In this document: positions 12,501 through 27,500 of the stretch, one piece after another | How positions within the stretch are numbered: position 1 is the stretch's first letter | How the letters are laid out: every line of letters starts with the position of its first letter | Assembly (NCBI GenBank): GCA_002633005.1 | Contig: NMRA01000736.1 | Location: forward strand, 1 to 64,000 | DNA: 64,000 nt | Direction: 5' to 3' | Source of the DNA: Phoronis australis | Taxonomy: Eukaryota; Animalia; Phoronida | Notes under the pieces: model-generated | What the model was told of the DNA's origin: nothing | What the model saw: only the letters and a program-made list of their open reading frames with translations | Database searches by the model: none | Position numbers and translations under genes: made by a program

Positions 12501-15500
12501 TACATCTATTAAAAACGATCTAATCATGAATGCAACATTCACGTACTTGTTGGTCTCAGCGCGCACTCTGTGTGAATACAACGTGGATGCAATGTGCATA
12601 GTCAGTACAACCCTCGTTTTCTAAAAATTTAGAGATGGAATTGCTTCATTAGATTCAGGTGCGGCACGAGCCATCTCCATATGAAGTCCCAGTGAAAAGT
12701 CAAAGATAATGACATTGTCACTTAAACTGTTCTGGAGTAAGGACATATTTTATACACTCACCTCTGCCTTAGTTAAAAATGAAAGGTTTCAGTGTTTCAT
12801 TTTTGGATACTAAGAATGCAAAATTTTCACTAACTTTAACAAATTTGTCAACCCGCGATGCTTGGTGAAATGGAATTTCTCTAAGTTTTTTTTGCATTGT
12901 CGTGAAATTGCTTTACTTGCTGTTTGTTTGCTTATTTAAAGGCACGCTAGAGGTAGAATAATCGACTTGAAATTCGCAAATAACAATTGTCTCTATCTTT
13001 CTGAAATGTGGTTTGTGGATTGATTCCCTCAAGTGTAACGAAAAGTTTGAATAAACTTGCTCCCTCTGATCCACCGTTGTCATTATATTTGAGATTTGCT
13101 GATGACCAAAGTCCGACACTGGTTCGCTTCTCGGACATCAACCCACTCACATGTCTCAGAGTACAAGAACAACTTAGGTTTTACACCCGACATGTTATTC
13201 GAACGACCAATTGGCAATGACTTTTCACATAACATCCACCCATGAACATTGTGAGGCATTTTCCGTTTGTCAAAATTAGACAATAGATGGATTTGGCAAG
13301 TTGTTTGTGTTCTTTGGTAGTTCTAGCTCCTAGGTCCTTTTAAGAATTCGTTCGAAAGTTGTTACATAGATACACTGTAGACGTCCTCGCTGGCTATCTG
13401 GGGAAATCACACGTGACTGTCTATACCTAGACCTTTCCGTTCCTAAGTTAATCGGGATTTTTAACGTTAATTTTCCTCTTTTTCATTCATCGGTTTATCG
13501 TGCCAAGACACGACTTTCACTGAAGCTTGATTTGTGAAAAACCTCCCTAAAAACTACGACACAAGTGACATCGGTTCTCGTTAGGCGTTTCCGTTCGCTG
13601 CTACTGGTGTTCTTGAGTTACCTGAGATTTTCGGACGTCCATTTATTAACTCCATTGCTTTTTGAGACTGACTCTTCTGAACAAGCTTGTGTTTTTATTG
13701 AATTCGTCAGCAATGGTAGGTGATGATTATTGCGATGGTGATATAAATAATGACGACTGATGGCATAGGTGACAGTGATGATAATGTTGGCTTCGGTGTC
13801 ACAGATGGTGCGGGTGGAATCTTTGATCGGTGCCATGGGCGTCCTGTTGCACGATCGTGAATGTCGTTTTGGGCTTTATCGGTTATCTTAGTGGTCTCAT
13901 GTCAATTATGTCAATATTCAGGACTTTGAGTTAATTCTGTCTGTGCTGGAAACAGGGTTGCTGTCTTAGGCGATATTGTTTTCAATGTTGATGGCGGCAT
14001 TTTCTGTGCTGTTGACCTTGTTGTCAGTAAAGTCGTGGTCCAGGATGTCGTTTTGTTCATAATCGTCGTTGGTGTAATGGTTGTTTTTGTCTGTGGTGTT
14101 GCTACCTTAACTTTCATACTCATTTCCCCAGTAGACCTCGCCAAGTATCATATCGCTTTCATGTTATCACAAACTATTATCCAATTAAAGTGAACGGTGC
14201 CTGGAATGTCTGGACCTCGTGGTCGAATTGTAACATCACGTGTGGCGGGGGATACCAACATCGGTCAAGGTCATGTAATGGACCTCACTATGGTGGCAAG
14301 GAGTGTGAAGGGCAAGCCACAGAGACTCAGTTGTGTAACGATCAACACTGTCCTGGTACGTCTGAGCCAACGAATAGTGTGTAGTTAAGCATTTGGGCCT
14401 GTGCTGTAGTGTGGAAACTAAGTTGAAGAGGGACAGTAGTCCGAGATGAGGGCCCAAATCTGCAATAAGATAAAATCAAACGTGAAGACATTTATCATTC
14501 TGAACGCAAGCGATTCGAGGTCCACCTGCACATACACTACTCATAGAATGATGGAAAATTTGGAGGGTTAACTCACCTCATTTCAGAACTTATCAATTTC
14601 TTATTTCAAAAACGCAAATTCAGAACACGTCAAGATTCGAAGTTGAAATTCTCATATATTCTGGTGTCCTAGGGACACTCTTGTCTTGATCCAGGGTTTG
14701 TGCAAGCGTGCGCATCCTCTTTCTAATTTCCTATGTCTCAAACCAGCTCACTTACATGTACATGGTTGTATACTTGTACATTTAACAACAGAAGGTATTG
14801 ACTGCATTTCTATAAATGAGGAACTGTCTCCGGTATTTTTGTCGTGGCTTCACTGACCTTATAAGCAACCATTTTCTTAGTCGATGGCGTCTGGGAGGTC
14901 TGGTCATCGTGGACTGTGTGCAGTACCTCGTGTGACGGTGGAAAACAGAACAGAACGCGGACGTGCAATGGACCACACTATGGCGGTTTGGATTGCTATG
15001 GTCAACCAGAGGAGATTCGAGCTTGCAACACCGATTTCTGTCCAGGTACAGTTTATATTGTTTCCAAACATGTTCTTTAAAGCGTATGTTGTAGTACCTC
15101 GTTTTCTCCTAAAACGAGAAACCGTGCTTAAGCTAAACGGGGAGATGAACATCAAGTGGCATCAGCATTTCAGCTACAAAACATGAGACCTCTGCGGTAC
15201 TGCAGTTAATATGAATCTCGAGTATTCGCCTTGGTTATTACATGTACTTTGTTAAGGAAATTTTACACCCGGATTCTAATGCGTAATTCAATGAGAAACA
15301 TCACCTTTAGCAAAAATTTCAAATTTTTCTTTAGGTTTCAGGATTCAGGAGAAGACATAGCTACTATGAAGAGAACTACTGATTTCATGTCATGCTTACT
15401 TTAAAGGAGAATGCTACTCAATTTAATTAGTCTTTTTTACCGACTTAATCGGTCTATATCCACATCGCCTCTTATACGGTCGACCTCACCTTGTCGAGAG

Positions 15501-18500
15501 GTGTCGCGTTAACCTGTGAGGAAGGTGAGAAACGATGCAGCGACGTCAGTGGTTCGTCTGCAGATGAAAGCCGCTATGTTGCGGTGATTCGTTCCCGCTT
15601 GTCAGAACTTTGAAGTTGCCGAAGAAAGCGGGTATATCGTTTTTTCGACTTTCTCGAGAGCCCGAAATGCTTAGGAAGTGGCTCACCGTAATGAAGAATG
15701 AAAGGTACGCTGTTAAAAGCAAGTATGAGGCCTTGAAACATCTCCGTGTCAGTGGCCGGCTTTTCGTTGACAGTGTTTTCTCTGACGAATTCCGGCTTAC
15801 CAAAGAACTATCCATACGTTCTGTTGCCTATGCATGTTCACGGCGCCTCTCTAGTATTTCTTGAACAGTGTTTTCCGGTTCGAACTGATAGCCTGTGAAA
15901 CCTAACGATCTGACCCGTGAAGTCTTCGACGGATGAGCTCATGACTAAGTCGGGATTGGCTCCGGGCGAGTTCCCATGAAGACGTTTATTATTCTGCGTT
16001 CTGCTTTTAAAAATGAATTATTCTCATCCTCATCCTTACCAATATTATATTAAACTGAAACAAAGTCTGTCTTTATTAGATACAATTTGTAATGCTTTTG
16101 CAGTGTTCGTGAGTGCAAATGTTGAGAAGCCAGTAATGGTGTTACTGGCTTTTGATGCCGGCAATAAAGGTAATTGACCGGGCACCGAGGCCGTGTGAGC
16201 GCATGCTAATTCAGTATTTGCTGATGGAAAGCTGTTGTGAAACAATTCATCGATTTTATAAGCTATGGTAGCATGTTAGGGGAATCTTTATTTAGAAATA
16301 CAAATACAAATACATTATTCAAATCATTGTTACTGTACAACCTTAGTTTGCTCTGACGGTCTGTGGAAGGGGAACCCGACTTCGCGGCCCCCGACAAGTA
16401 AGTAGATTTTCAGTTTCGTGACTAATTCACATAAATAAATACGTGCACATTATTTCTTTGTCTCACTATTATAGACTGTTCGTGACTGAAGGTTTAGTTT
16501 CCAACTCAAGCTAGTTTATGTTCGTGCCAGTCCCGGCGGCCGCGACGGGCCTGATCGGGTTCCGAGCCACTGGCCGGGATAAGCGTTCTGTTCGTTTAGA
16601 ACTCAAAAAATCACAAATCTAAACAACACAGATCTAGGTTCTCCTGTCTGTATATCACGGAAGAATACTTCGAATATATCTCCGAACAGACCCCAAGCTC
16701 CTGCTACGGACCTTGGTAAATTGGCCTGCCGAACTTTATAGGCTGGTGTGTAAAAATACCAATGAATCCGTAACAGCGAAATAAAACAACACGTTTTTAT
16801 AAGAACTCAGTGTGTTTTTAAGGGTTTTACGTCGAAGTTTCATGGTTTATCGGTGTTAACCGATAAATTAATGCGATAAGCGGAAACCAGTAACCCGTGT
16901 TGTGAACTTCTGAACAGACTGCGCCTGAAACCAATGATGTCATTGGATAATTTGAACACCCCCGTCTGCCGTCAGGTGTCAGGTAACGCAACCGAACGAG
17001 CCGTTATCGAGTAGAGCTACTCGATCTAAATTGATACAAATTAGGTTGTTTTTGGGTGGCATTCTCCTTTAAGTTTCATACGAATCGTTAGCAATCCCCT
17101 CACCTACGACACCATGTTGTTCTTGTATACTAAATGTGTTTGTAAAATAACGCTGTAATATTAATTATCATCAATGCCTGTAGTTGATGGTATGTGGTCA
17201 GCTTGGTCTAACTACTCGATCTGCTCCACTTTATGTGGCGGAGGAACCCAACACAAATCACGACATTGCATCGGACCGTTTCACGGCGGAGCAAATTGCA
17301 CCGGCAATTCCACTTCGGCGCAGTCCTGTAATACTCACGAATGTCCAAGTAAGTCAGCTGGATAGTGCCGTCATGAAATACTGGTCACAACACCAGTTTA
17401 AGTTGGCTAATATTCATCAACAGTACGGTTTGATCGTCAGACAAGATATCTCGCTATTACGTAGTGTTGTATGCGTGTATTTGGGTATTATGGTTGTATT
17501 TTGTATCCAAATAATTATATCACGGTGATGCACAAAACTGAACCGTTGCACAGTGAGTTGAAAAACCAGGACCAAGAAATTAATCCCCACTATTGGATGT
17601 GCATTACCCTACCCTGAGTTCCCAACATTTCATGAACCAAGCCAATCGCTAGTACATGTATAGTGGTTTCATCATTTAGGAAAATAGAAAATGTCTATTC
17701 CTAAGCGACGAGACGCGTCTTGTTTAACATACCGCTTGTATTTTATGCAGAATTTTTAATTTCGTTTCTGCTGTAATTTGTGTCAATTCCGTCGTAGTTG
17801 ACGGAGTGTGGTATTCTTGGAGCCCGTGGTCCAACTGTTCACTGGCATGTGGTGGAGGCAACCAAACTCGACAGCGAGTCTGCGACGGACCATACTTCGG
17901 CGGTACCAATTGCTCAGGCGAGGCAGTGCAGAGGCGAAGTTGCAATTCTCATCTCTGTCCAGGTATGGGGTGCCCGGGTCAATGAGTGGACCAATCTAAT
18001 TTGTAACGTGGTAATGCAATATCTTTAAATCTTGAGATTCTTCTTTCAAAGGGACAAAATCTGCCTCCTTTTATGCAACCAAGTTACATGTATTTCACAC
18101 CGGCGATGTCGTCATCTCGGCGACATACGGTACAGTTGTGTTTTCATTGCATTCAAGGAAGGAGATCAGGAGAAAATAAGAGTAAATATATCAATTATAT
18201 ATTATAAGACATCTAGTGGCGGACTTTGTACAGAGAAAAAAATCCTTACTGACCATAGTTTGAGAATTCAAGCTACGTCGGAAATGCCAAATAAAAATGG
18301 TATTTTACGAGAATTGCTTCCAATTTGGTTCATTCTTTTTTCCAGTGGACGGATTTTGGCGGTCTTGGTCTATCTGGGGTACATGCAGCGCGTCTTGTGG
18401 TGGCGGAGTCCACTACAGGTACAGGTCATGTGACGGTCCTTACCACGGAGGACAGAGTTGTGTTGGAAACACCACCCAGTCTCGAGAGTGTAATGAACAC

Positions 18501-21500
18501 AACTGCCCTGGTAAGAAGATTATGATTGACCCATGCTTTTACATGTACCTTTTCATCCAGAGCATTAAGCACGGGAACCAACTGTAGTACACGTGTGAAT
18601 CTTCATACGATAACAGTTAAAGGAGCAGTAAGCCGGTGCCTTCTGTAAAAGACAACATTTCGTTTAGGTTACTTGCCATTATAACACTGGTCTCATTTTG
18701 TTCCTGACTAAATTAGAAGTGGTTAGGCTTGATTTGAGTTGATGATTTATAGTTGGTCCTGACCAGCCTCATAAACTTTGCTTCTTGGGGTCAGTTAGTT
18801 TCACCCCCCCCCAAAAAAAAAAATGATGTAACCAGGGTTAATGTACACTGTAAGAACACGACAACGTTACTTTGGAAGAGAAAAAAAACGACTGTAAAAA
18901 GCCATTTTTGATGCCAGGAAATGGTTTCTAACAGCTTTACGTATTTTTAGTTGATGGAATGTGGAACCAATGGCAGGATTGGTCAGAATGCAGCGCCTCT
19001 TGCGGGAACGGAACTCGTAGCAGACGTCGTACGTGTCACGGTCCGCTGTACGGAGGGGCAAACTGCACGGGTTCAGACGTCACAGCTGAGTCATGCCACA
19101 AAATCCCTTGTCCAGGTGAGGGGTGGACTGAAGTAGTACAGGGCATTTTATTGCGACCGGGGTGCAAGCAATGTACATATTTGTTGTTAGTCCCTGCTCC
19201 AACTCGGCTCGACATAATCCCACTGGGTAATTTTGCTCCGCCCTTCATGTTTTTGCCAAAGGTATATCGTCATTAAATTGTATTTCTTAGAAATAACTAA
19301 ACTGTAAGTCCATGATGTGCAACAAACGTACACAACATAAGGCTGGTGGTACTGTTTGAATTAAAGTGGAAATTTATCAAGAATCCAGTACATGTACGGG
19401 TATGAATGCTGTAATTTAAAACTTTAATGATTTTAGAGGAAATTGACCTGCTTTACTATATTTTTGGTTTTTAAGGAAGCCTCCGGCAACCCCATTATTC
19501 GTTTCGAGCGTGACCTTTTGTTCCACTGGAAGTAAACTTACAAAAAAGTCCAAATTTGTCAAATTTCAGAACATCATATTTCAGAAACGGCTGATCAGAT
19601 TAATATCTGAAAATGTAAGATTCCATGGTTTATACAGGGTTCTCTAACAAGCTAAAATCCGTTACCACTAGAATGATTTTTGTCATGTACTGTACAATGT
19701 ATCCACCACTGTTCGATGACTACACGAAAATGTCCTCAAATCGATTCCAGACAAATACAAACAACTCTCACTCATATATTAACGAAGGCACACAATGTCG
19801 AACCAATGCCTGGTGTCGACAAGGCATACTGTACATGTATCTTTTGGAACACTTGATGTGCTTAGTGACAAACTTTAAGAATTCAGTCCTTAAATAGTTT
19901 ATTGACATTTTAGTGGCAATAATATGTTAATCCATTGCGTCTTCCAACAGTGGACGGTGTGTGGAAGGACTGGTCGGACTGGTTTGCATGTAACGCAACT
20001 TGCGGTGGCGGTTCTCAAGTTAGACTTCGTTCGTGTGACAGCGGAAGACATGGCGGGCAAAACTGCAGCGGACATTCTTTCGATTATAGGGAATGTAATT
20101 TGCAACACTGTCCAGGTGAGACAATGAACGATTTTGGACAACGTATTGCGAGCAAATGTAGAGGTTTACTGATTCGCACTCAGAGCGATAGGATTTATAG
20201 TATCTTCACATGCAATGGGATCTTGTCAGACATTATAAGTAAAACACCTATCGTGAATCAAAATTGTGCAAAAATGGTGAAATTATGATTATGAATAAAA
20301 CCAAGTATTTTAAATCCTCTATCAACATTTACGCTTAACTTTAGATGAATTTCGGATTTTTCGTTTCAATGAATTGAAACCGTATGCATGTACATGACAT
20401 ACATGTAGTTTTCATCTTCATGGTTTGTGTGTTTTCGTATTTATTTTACGTAGCCAAGTTTTCATTCGCATGTATATGTTTTTAGTGGACGGTGTTTGGT
20501 TGGAATGGACCTCCTGGGCAAACTGTTCTGCAACATGCGGCGGTGGTGTGCTGACTCGACGTCGTACTTGCGAGGGTCCATACTATGGCGGCGAAAATTG
20601 TACCGGAAACTCCTTAGACGTGCGCAACTGCAGTATACACTACTGCCCAGGTGAGTGCTTAAGCTGGAATATTCCTTGGTAATGCATGTTTCTTACCTTG
20701 CTGTCATTTTAATCCACGACCCATTTCATTCGTCAAGCATGATTGAATGTAGCCTCCATTCCTCTCCAAATCATATCGTGCTGTTGTTGATGGCCAATAT
20801 ACATGTAAAAAAAACGTTTTTTCCTATTTCTGTATTATTGTGGTTTTGGCCGTGAATCCCCCGTTTGTCTAGTACTCGGTGTTGTCAAATGCTGTGGTTC
20901 TTATCATGTGTAATGAATCTCACTGCAAACTCGAGTCGACGGAGCATGGGTCACGTGGTCTGAATGGAGCTCTTGCAGTAGCTCGTGCGGAAATGGTAGC
21001 GTAATTCGTAACAGAACATGTTCCGGGCCCTTCTTTGGTGGCAGACCATGCAGTGGATATGAAAACCAGACAGAAACTTGTAACCTACGCGAGTGTCCAG
21101 GTAAGTGCTTTTTTACTTTGTTTACACGTTACCTAAAGCCACGGATGAATTTACACTTATTGTGACTGTAAATTAAAAGTAAATTGGTCGTGTCCAAGTC
21201 TGTGTACCGAAACTAAACTTAAAAAAGTTTTTCATGTGATGTGTGCATTGTTTACTACACCTGCCGATATCATCAATACCACTTGACTGTTCTTGATATG
21301 TTACACGTTCACATATTAATGGTTCCATGCTAAAGTGCCTTTGACACATTCTATAACGTTCATGTAGTCGATGGTGTTTGGCGAGCATGGTCTAACTGGA
21401 CCGGATGTTCCAACTCGTGTGGCGGAGGACAGAAGGTTCGCTCACGATACTGTAACAAACCTCTTTACGGGGGACAAAACTGTACGGGAAATGCACAGGA

Positions 21501-24500
21501 GATAAAGATATGCAATGCCAATGTGTGCCCAGGTAATTTTTATTTCATTGTTTTTTTGAATATGTGTGTGTCGACGAACACGTATATTTGAAGTAGATGC
21601 TGCTAAACTAGTACAATAACTCAAAACAAAAAACACCTCTTTTAACAGTTAGATTATTGCAGAAAATTACACTAACGTTACGATCTTTCAGTCGATGGCG
21701 TGTGGTTATCCTGGTCACAATGGACAGAATGTAACGTGACTTGTGGAGGTGGTGGGCAGTGGCGTAACAGGACTTGTCGTGGACCGCTGCATGGAGGAAA
21801 GGCCTGTGAAGGGTCCGTTATTGAACTTAAAGAATGCGCGCAGAGTCTTTGTCCAAGTAAGCACCGATTCGAATTGTTTCGACTATGGAGTACAATTCAT
21901 AGATATCGGGTTTAAATTTTAATTATTCGGGCTTACTGTACGGTTAAAGCTTCTATGAGACCGCATTCTATCACAAATACACAGTTTGGTTTAGACCACT
22001 AGCCAAGATGAAATGTTTCACAAGTACTTTAGTCGAACTGAAGGGGATTTCAGGGCCTAGAAATAGCTGGCAGTTCGTTATTGCTTGAGACCAAATTCAA
22101 CAAGATGTATAGCCAAGATTACATGTTCCAAGAGAGGACTTAAGGAATAACGAACTCTCTATGTAAATCTACTGAAATTACTGCTATCTGAGTAAAAATT
22201 AAGCTGAGACTAATCCCATAGCGTTACGTGGTGTAAAATCGACGATTCACTTCTTGGGCGGAATATAGGTGTATAGCCACTTAATTGAGACTTGGCTTAA
22301 CCTGACGGTACATTTTAAGCGCCAACGACCTCTAGCATTTACGGATCTCGTAAGTTTCCTGCAACAAGAACAGGAAGAGTTAATAGCAAAGTTATAACCA
22401 TAAGTGATCTTAACCGTACGTCCTGAATTATTATCGGTGTCCATTTAAATAAGTCATTCGTTAGACGTTAAAAAATATTGTCTACTGCTTGCTTTCTTCA
22501 AAAACTATTTAAGTTTTTATTCTGTGTCAGAACATCTGTTTCAAAAGTTTGGGATTTTAGGTCAGAGTAGACGTCTTTGTTCATAGTAGTGCCTCGTTTG
22601 AAGAAATTAGTCATCAGGCACAAGTTATTGGACAGCTTATCATCCATGTGCCGGCGACAGTTACAAAAGAATGACGAATGTGCATAGAGAAGTTTTGTTC
22701 AGAGGGCAACAGTCCCTGTATAACATGAACTGAATACTAGTTATGACATTTCAATCTCGATTGAATAGTTTGTTACAACTTTCTTTCGACACGTACTTGT
22801 ATGTCCTCAGACTCATAGTGCAATTGGTTAACGTTCAAGTAGACGACACTTAGCCTAGTCGGTGCGTCTCCCTCGGTAATTGGTCCGCACTTGGATTCAA
22901 TTAATTGGCTTTTAATTGTTGTAGTCGATGGTTATTACGAAAGCTGGAGTGCTTGGTCTTCATGCAACGCGTCTTGTGGAGGAGGGTCTACAACAAGGTC
23001 ACGTGCATGTGTTCCTCCAATGAACAACGGCAAGCCATGTGACGGACAAAGCTTTGAGAGCAATTTCTGCAATGGCAACCCTTGTCCAGGTAGGATGTAT
23101 TCTCTGGGGTTACTTTTTGGGTTACTGCTTCCTTTTACACGATCGCTCGATTTAAAGGTTTTCAATTTCTTTTGCATTGTTTTAAAGTTCCCTTCCTTGT
23201 CACCAATTGATAACATTGTAAGTCATTTGAGATATGGCATACATGTGCATAGCATATTGACATCTCGTAAAATACACGTTATTTTACCACGGAAAGTGAA
23301 TTCAATAAGCTACGTGAAGCTCAGAAATTCAAAAATCAAGGTCTAGTGTATCCCTGTTTTGGTTTTTTCGAAAAGATCGAGAGATATGCTGAATTGTAAC
23401 AGCGTCATTTTGAAGTAAAATCTGATTTAATTGTTTTGCATTAGTTTTTAAGTTTGAAGGAATGAAGTTCGACCAATTAATAAATGAACATGTGTTAAAA
23501 TGGATGAGTTAATTACACACCATGACGTCACGTACAGAACCGAGTGGATTGATGGCTTGGAAATTTCGTTAAAACGATGAATTGGATTTCGGCCTGGCCC
23601 AATTTCCTGTAGCTCTACATGTACGTGAGACTTCCGTAATAAATGATAGCTTTTGTTAATTTTTGATACTTGTGTGAGATACTGTCCACCGCATATTGTG
23701 AACGTTACTATTGCAAATCTTTGTAACCGACGTAAGCATATTACATGCAAAAATTAATGAAACCTGCGCATACGGACTAATCTCGTTTATTGCATGTAAA
23801 CGAACTCAGGTGATACCTTTGGTCGTACTTGTGATTTTACTAATGGAATTTTGAACCAACAGTGGATGGTCAGTGGAACCTTTGGAGTAGATGGTCGCAG
23901 TGTAACGTGACGTGTGGTGGTGGAGGTCGAACGCGATATCGCATCTGCGGTGGCACAGCCTTTGGTGGGAAATCATGTCCTGGTCACGGTGGAGACTTTG
24001 AAGAATGTAATGCACAGCATTGCCCAGGTATATACATGTACATGTAAATGTACGCCTAACAAAGAGTATTGACGCAGCTATATGTACTTTGTATTTGTAG
24101 TAAACGTGTCACTTTGTCGGCGCCAACTAAAAGGAGATCAATTAGAATAAATATATTATAAACATGCGTAGAAATCTCAGTTTCCTTCCGAGTTTGTGGC
24201 GGGTCTAGGATATCNAGGGTATGGACGACTATAAAAATACGGGGGGGGGGCTGGGTCCCCTGCCCCCCCCTAAATCCGCCTAGTATGTCCTTTCTAGATT
24301 AGACATAATTATTCATTATACATGTTGTACTACTGAGTGAAGTGTAATTTCTGCATGTTATCGGACTTTTTGAATTTTGAAAATTCAAGGATTTGATTCA
24401 TTATACAAATACAATTACTACTACGTTGTTTCTGTACTTAGTTGATTCTCATGTATTCTGGTGGACGGGGTATTTGAAGACTGGTCATCTTGGAGCAACT

Positions 24501-27500
24501 GTAGCGCCTCCTGTGGTGGTGGCTGGAGATTTCGTCACCGAGGTTGCAAGGGCCCGTTCTACGGTGGAGTTGAATGCCAGGGTGAACACAACGAGACCTC
24601 GGTGTGCAATGACCACAATTGTCCTGGTAAGAGTTATTTCAGTTAATCACAAGCTTGTAATAATTTGACCACATCGCTCAGTCTGAGGGCTGTAACTCTA
24701 CCGTAAGGTTGACTTACAATACCTGTTCTAAGTCAAACCATGCTGTTTTGGAACAGATGAGACCAACACGTAGAAATTGTTCAATTGCAATGCCATCTTA
24801 TGGCTGGATATGTCTAAAATTCTACAGTATCACTCTCAGCACACATGACGAAAGTTCGCCTGGTCTCAGAATTTTCAGGCCCTTATCATAAACAATATCT
24901 AACTACAATAAACACCAGGCTAATTGCTGACAGACACATCAGACCCATACTGAAAACCACAACTGACTGGATGGGACTACTTTCCAAGAGTTGCATTGAA
25001 TAAACAATTTGAGGGATATGGCTCAAACTGACACACAGTTTATAGCAATGGCAAGCTTTCTGTGGTAACGTGAACAGCAGCTAGAAATTATATAGCTGAA
25101 CCAGTGAGACAACTGAAGACCCGAAATACCTATTTTAACAATACACTCAGAATCTCAGTATTTTTATGCAGATGTTAATCAAAGCATTGTCCTACGTAAA
25201 CGAAGAAACTTCAAAACCTACAGATAAAACCAGAACCCAGTAAGGTCCAAGAGATAACAATGAATTCAAGTACCACTTGTAGTTCTACTGCGGAGGCGGA
25301 TCTACGGGGAGGGGGTTCATGGGGTTCAACCCTCCCCCAGGGACACGATTAAAAATAAAAAAATATAAAAACAGTTTCCAAGAAAACGAAATCACATATT
25401 AAAAAACAAAAAATATCTTACACGGGTAGGGAGAAACACCCTCCCGACCTTCCCTCTGCTCGGTGCTACGCGCCTCAAATTCGCGCAAATCCTACCTCCC
25501 AACCGCCCCCCTTACTAAAAACGTAGATGTGCTACTGCTCAGTACCAACTAAGCTTATGTAAAATCATAAAAACAAATATTTTTCTTCATCACTACCTGT
25601 TTATTCAAGAAAGACTGACAAACATCTAATGAGAGACAATTAGAATCAAAGTTGCTTGAACTGAACACATTGTCAAACTTTAGCATCCAGCAGACCTGCT
25701 GAGAATAATTAAAAACAACATGGATCCAGAAGAACAATAATCATTCATTCACCGATGACAGAAGTATAGTGGTGCAGAAACCAACATAACAAGGTGATTT
25801 AGAGTAGGAACCACATACAAACACTTGTAAACTGGTGTATACACAGATATTAGTTTTAGGACAATCAATGGATGTTCAGCAGGGCCAGCAGGCCACATGA
25901 ATATGGGAATTATTTATAAATTTTCACTTGGTTTACTAAACAAGCACATTCATTCATTGAATGAATTTTTAGCAGTTACATGTATAAGAATATTTTCAAC
26001 CACACGAAGTTGACAACGATATTATAAAACAAAATGTCCATAGTATCGCACATATAAAGGAAATGTGTTTGCCTTCGAGCAGTCAAATTCTGCGCATATT
26101 TACTTTAAGTCTGATTTGGGTCCCCGAAAGCCAGTACATAGAAATATGCTGGGAACAGGACAGCACCAATCACCACAGCTGGTGATTGTAAGCTCCGATG
26201 TTCCTGTTTAGGTAACGCTCATCATTTTTTCATTCTGTTGTATTTTAACCGATATCACTCCTGCGAAGTCATACAGAAAGTAGCTACCACTTTTTCTGCC
26301 ACATGTGTTAATGATCATCTTGTCTCTTGCAATGCTTTATATATGAATGAACCGAAGGTGAGCATGTTTACTACAGAAATAAACAAAACATGGTGTGAAT
26401 ACTGGAAGGGACTTGCTCGTATAAAACAAAACAAGTTAACAAAGACAATTACTGTCTGAAATCTGTTAGCTAAATAGTACTATGCTACGTGCTACCTTAA
26501 AAGTAATTTGAAAATGAACATGGATTTCATGACAGTATTCAATAAAGAAACAACTTAGTAACAACAACGCTAACTTGAAAATGGCAGCAACATATGGCCG
26601 AGGATTTTAGAGTGATGACACGAAGATCAATGGACCAAAACAAACTCAAACACATTAAAAGTTATAACAACATTACACGGTTGTACTGCACAAGTTAGAT
26701 GTTAATGAGAATATTCTGGCTCTGTCTTAAGGGGCTTATTTTTATGAGTGGATAATCTGATTGGTTCACGTTTCATATAGAGTAGGATATTTTTCTTTTT
26801 CTTCAACAATAAGATTTTAAATGACATCTCTAGCTTATTAAATAGTTTTTTTTATTCTCAGATATATGCAAACATTGGTAAAGCGTTGTTTTTTAAAATT
26901 TTGATCTTTCCTTTCTGTTTAGTCCGTTTAAATTTTACGGAATAAATGGGCTTTTTACCACAACCAAACTGTTCATTAAATATACCAGAGTTCAACTTTT
27001 GCAGACTGCCTGGGATTGCCACTTTAAGTCCATGGTAAGGGTATATGCTTTAACTTGCTGTAATGCTCTCACCAGAATCGAACACAAGTACGATTTTATA
27101 TTTGATCTAGACTTAGTGAGAGATGGTAAATTCTTTTGGATTTTGCCACGTTTTCCTATTATCATCGCGTGTACCTCAATTTGGGTTACTTTTTGCGATT
27201 ATAGAACCAACATTTTAACGAGTACGTCTGATCCTCTTCTGTGTGTGACGAGCATTCTGCCTCAGATAGAATTTTTTTTCATGTATGCAAATTATTGTTC
27301 ACTGCTTGGCATGAACGCACCCGGGGGGGGCTCGGGGGCTCAAACGAGCTCCCCAGTTTGACAAATTTGGGCAAAAAGGTCCGCCTCGGCGAAACAAAAA
27401 GTCCGAGTAAATGAGACAAAAATCCACAAAGCCCACAGGAATTCGGCGGGGATGCACAATCCGTTGGCCTGAACCTAGTGGCCACGTGATTTTTTTCAGT

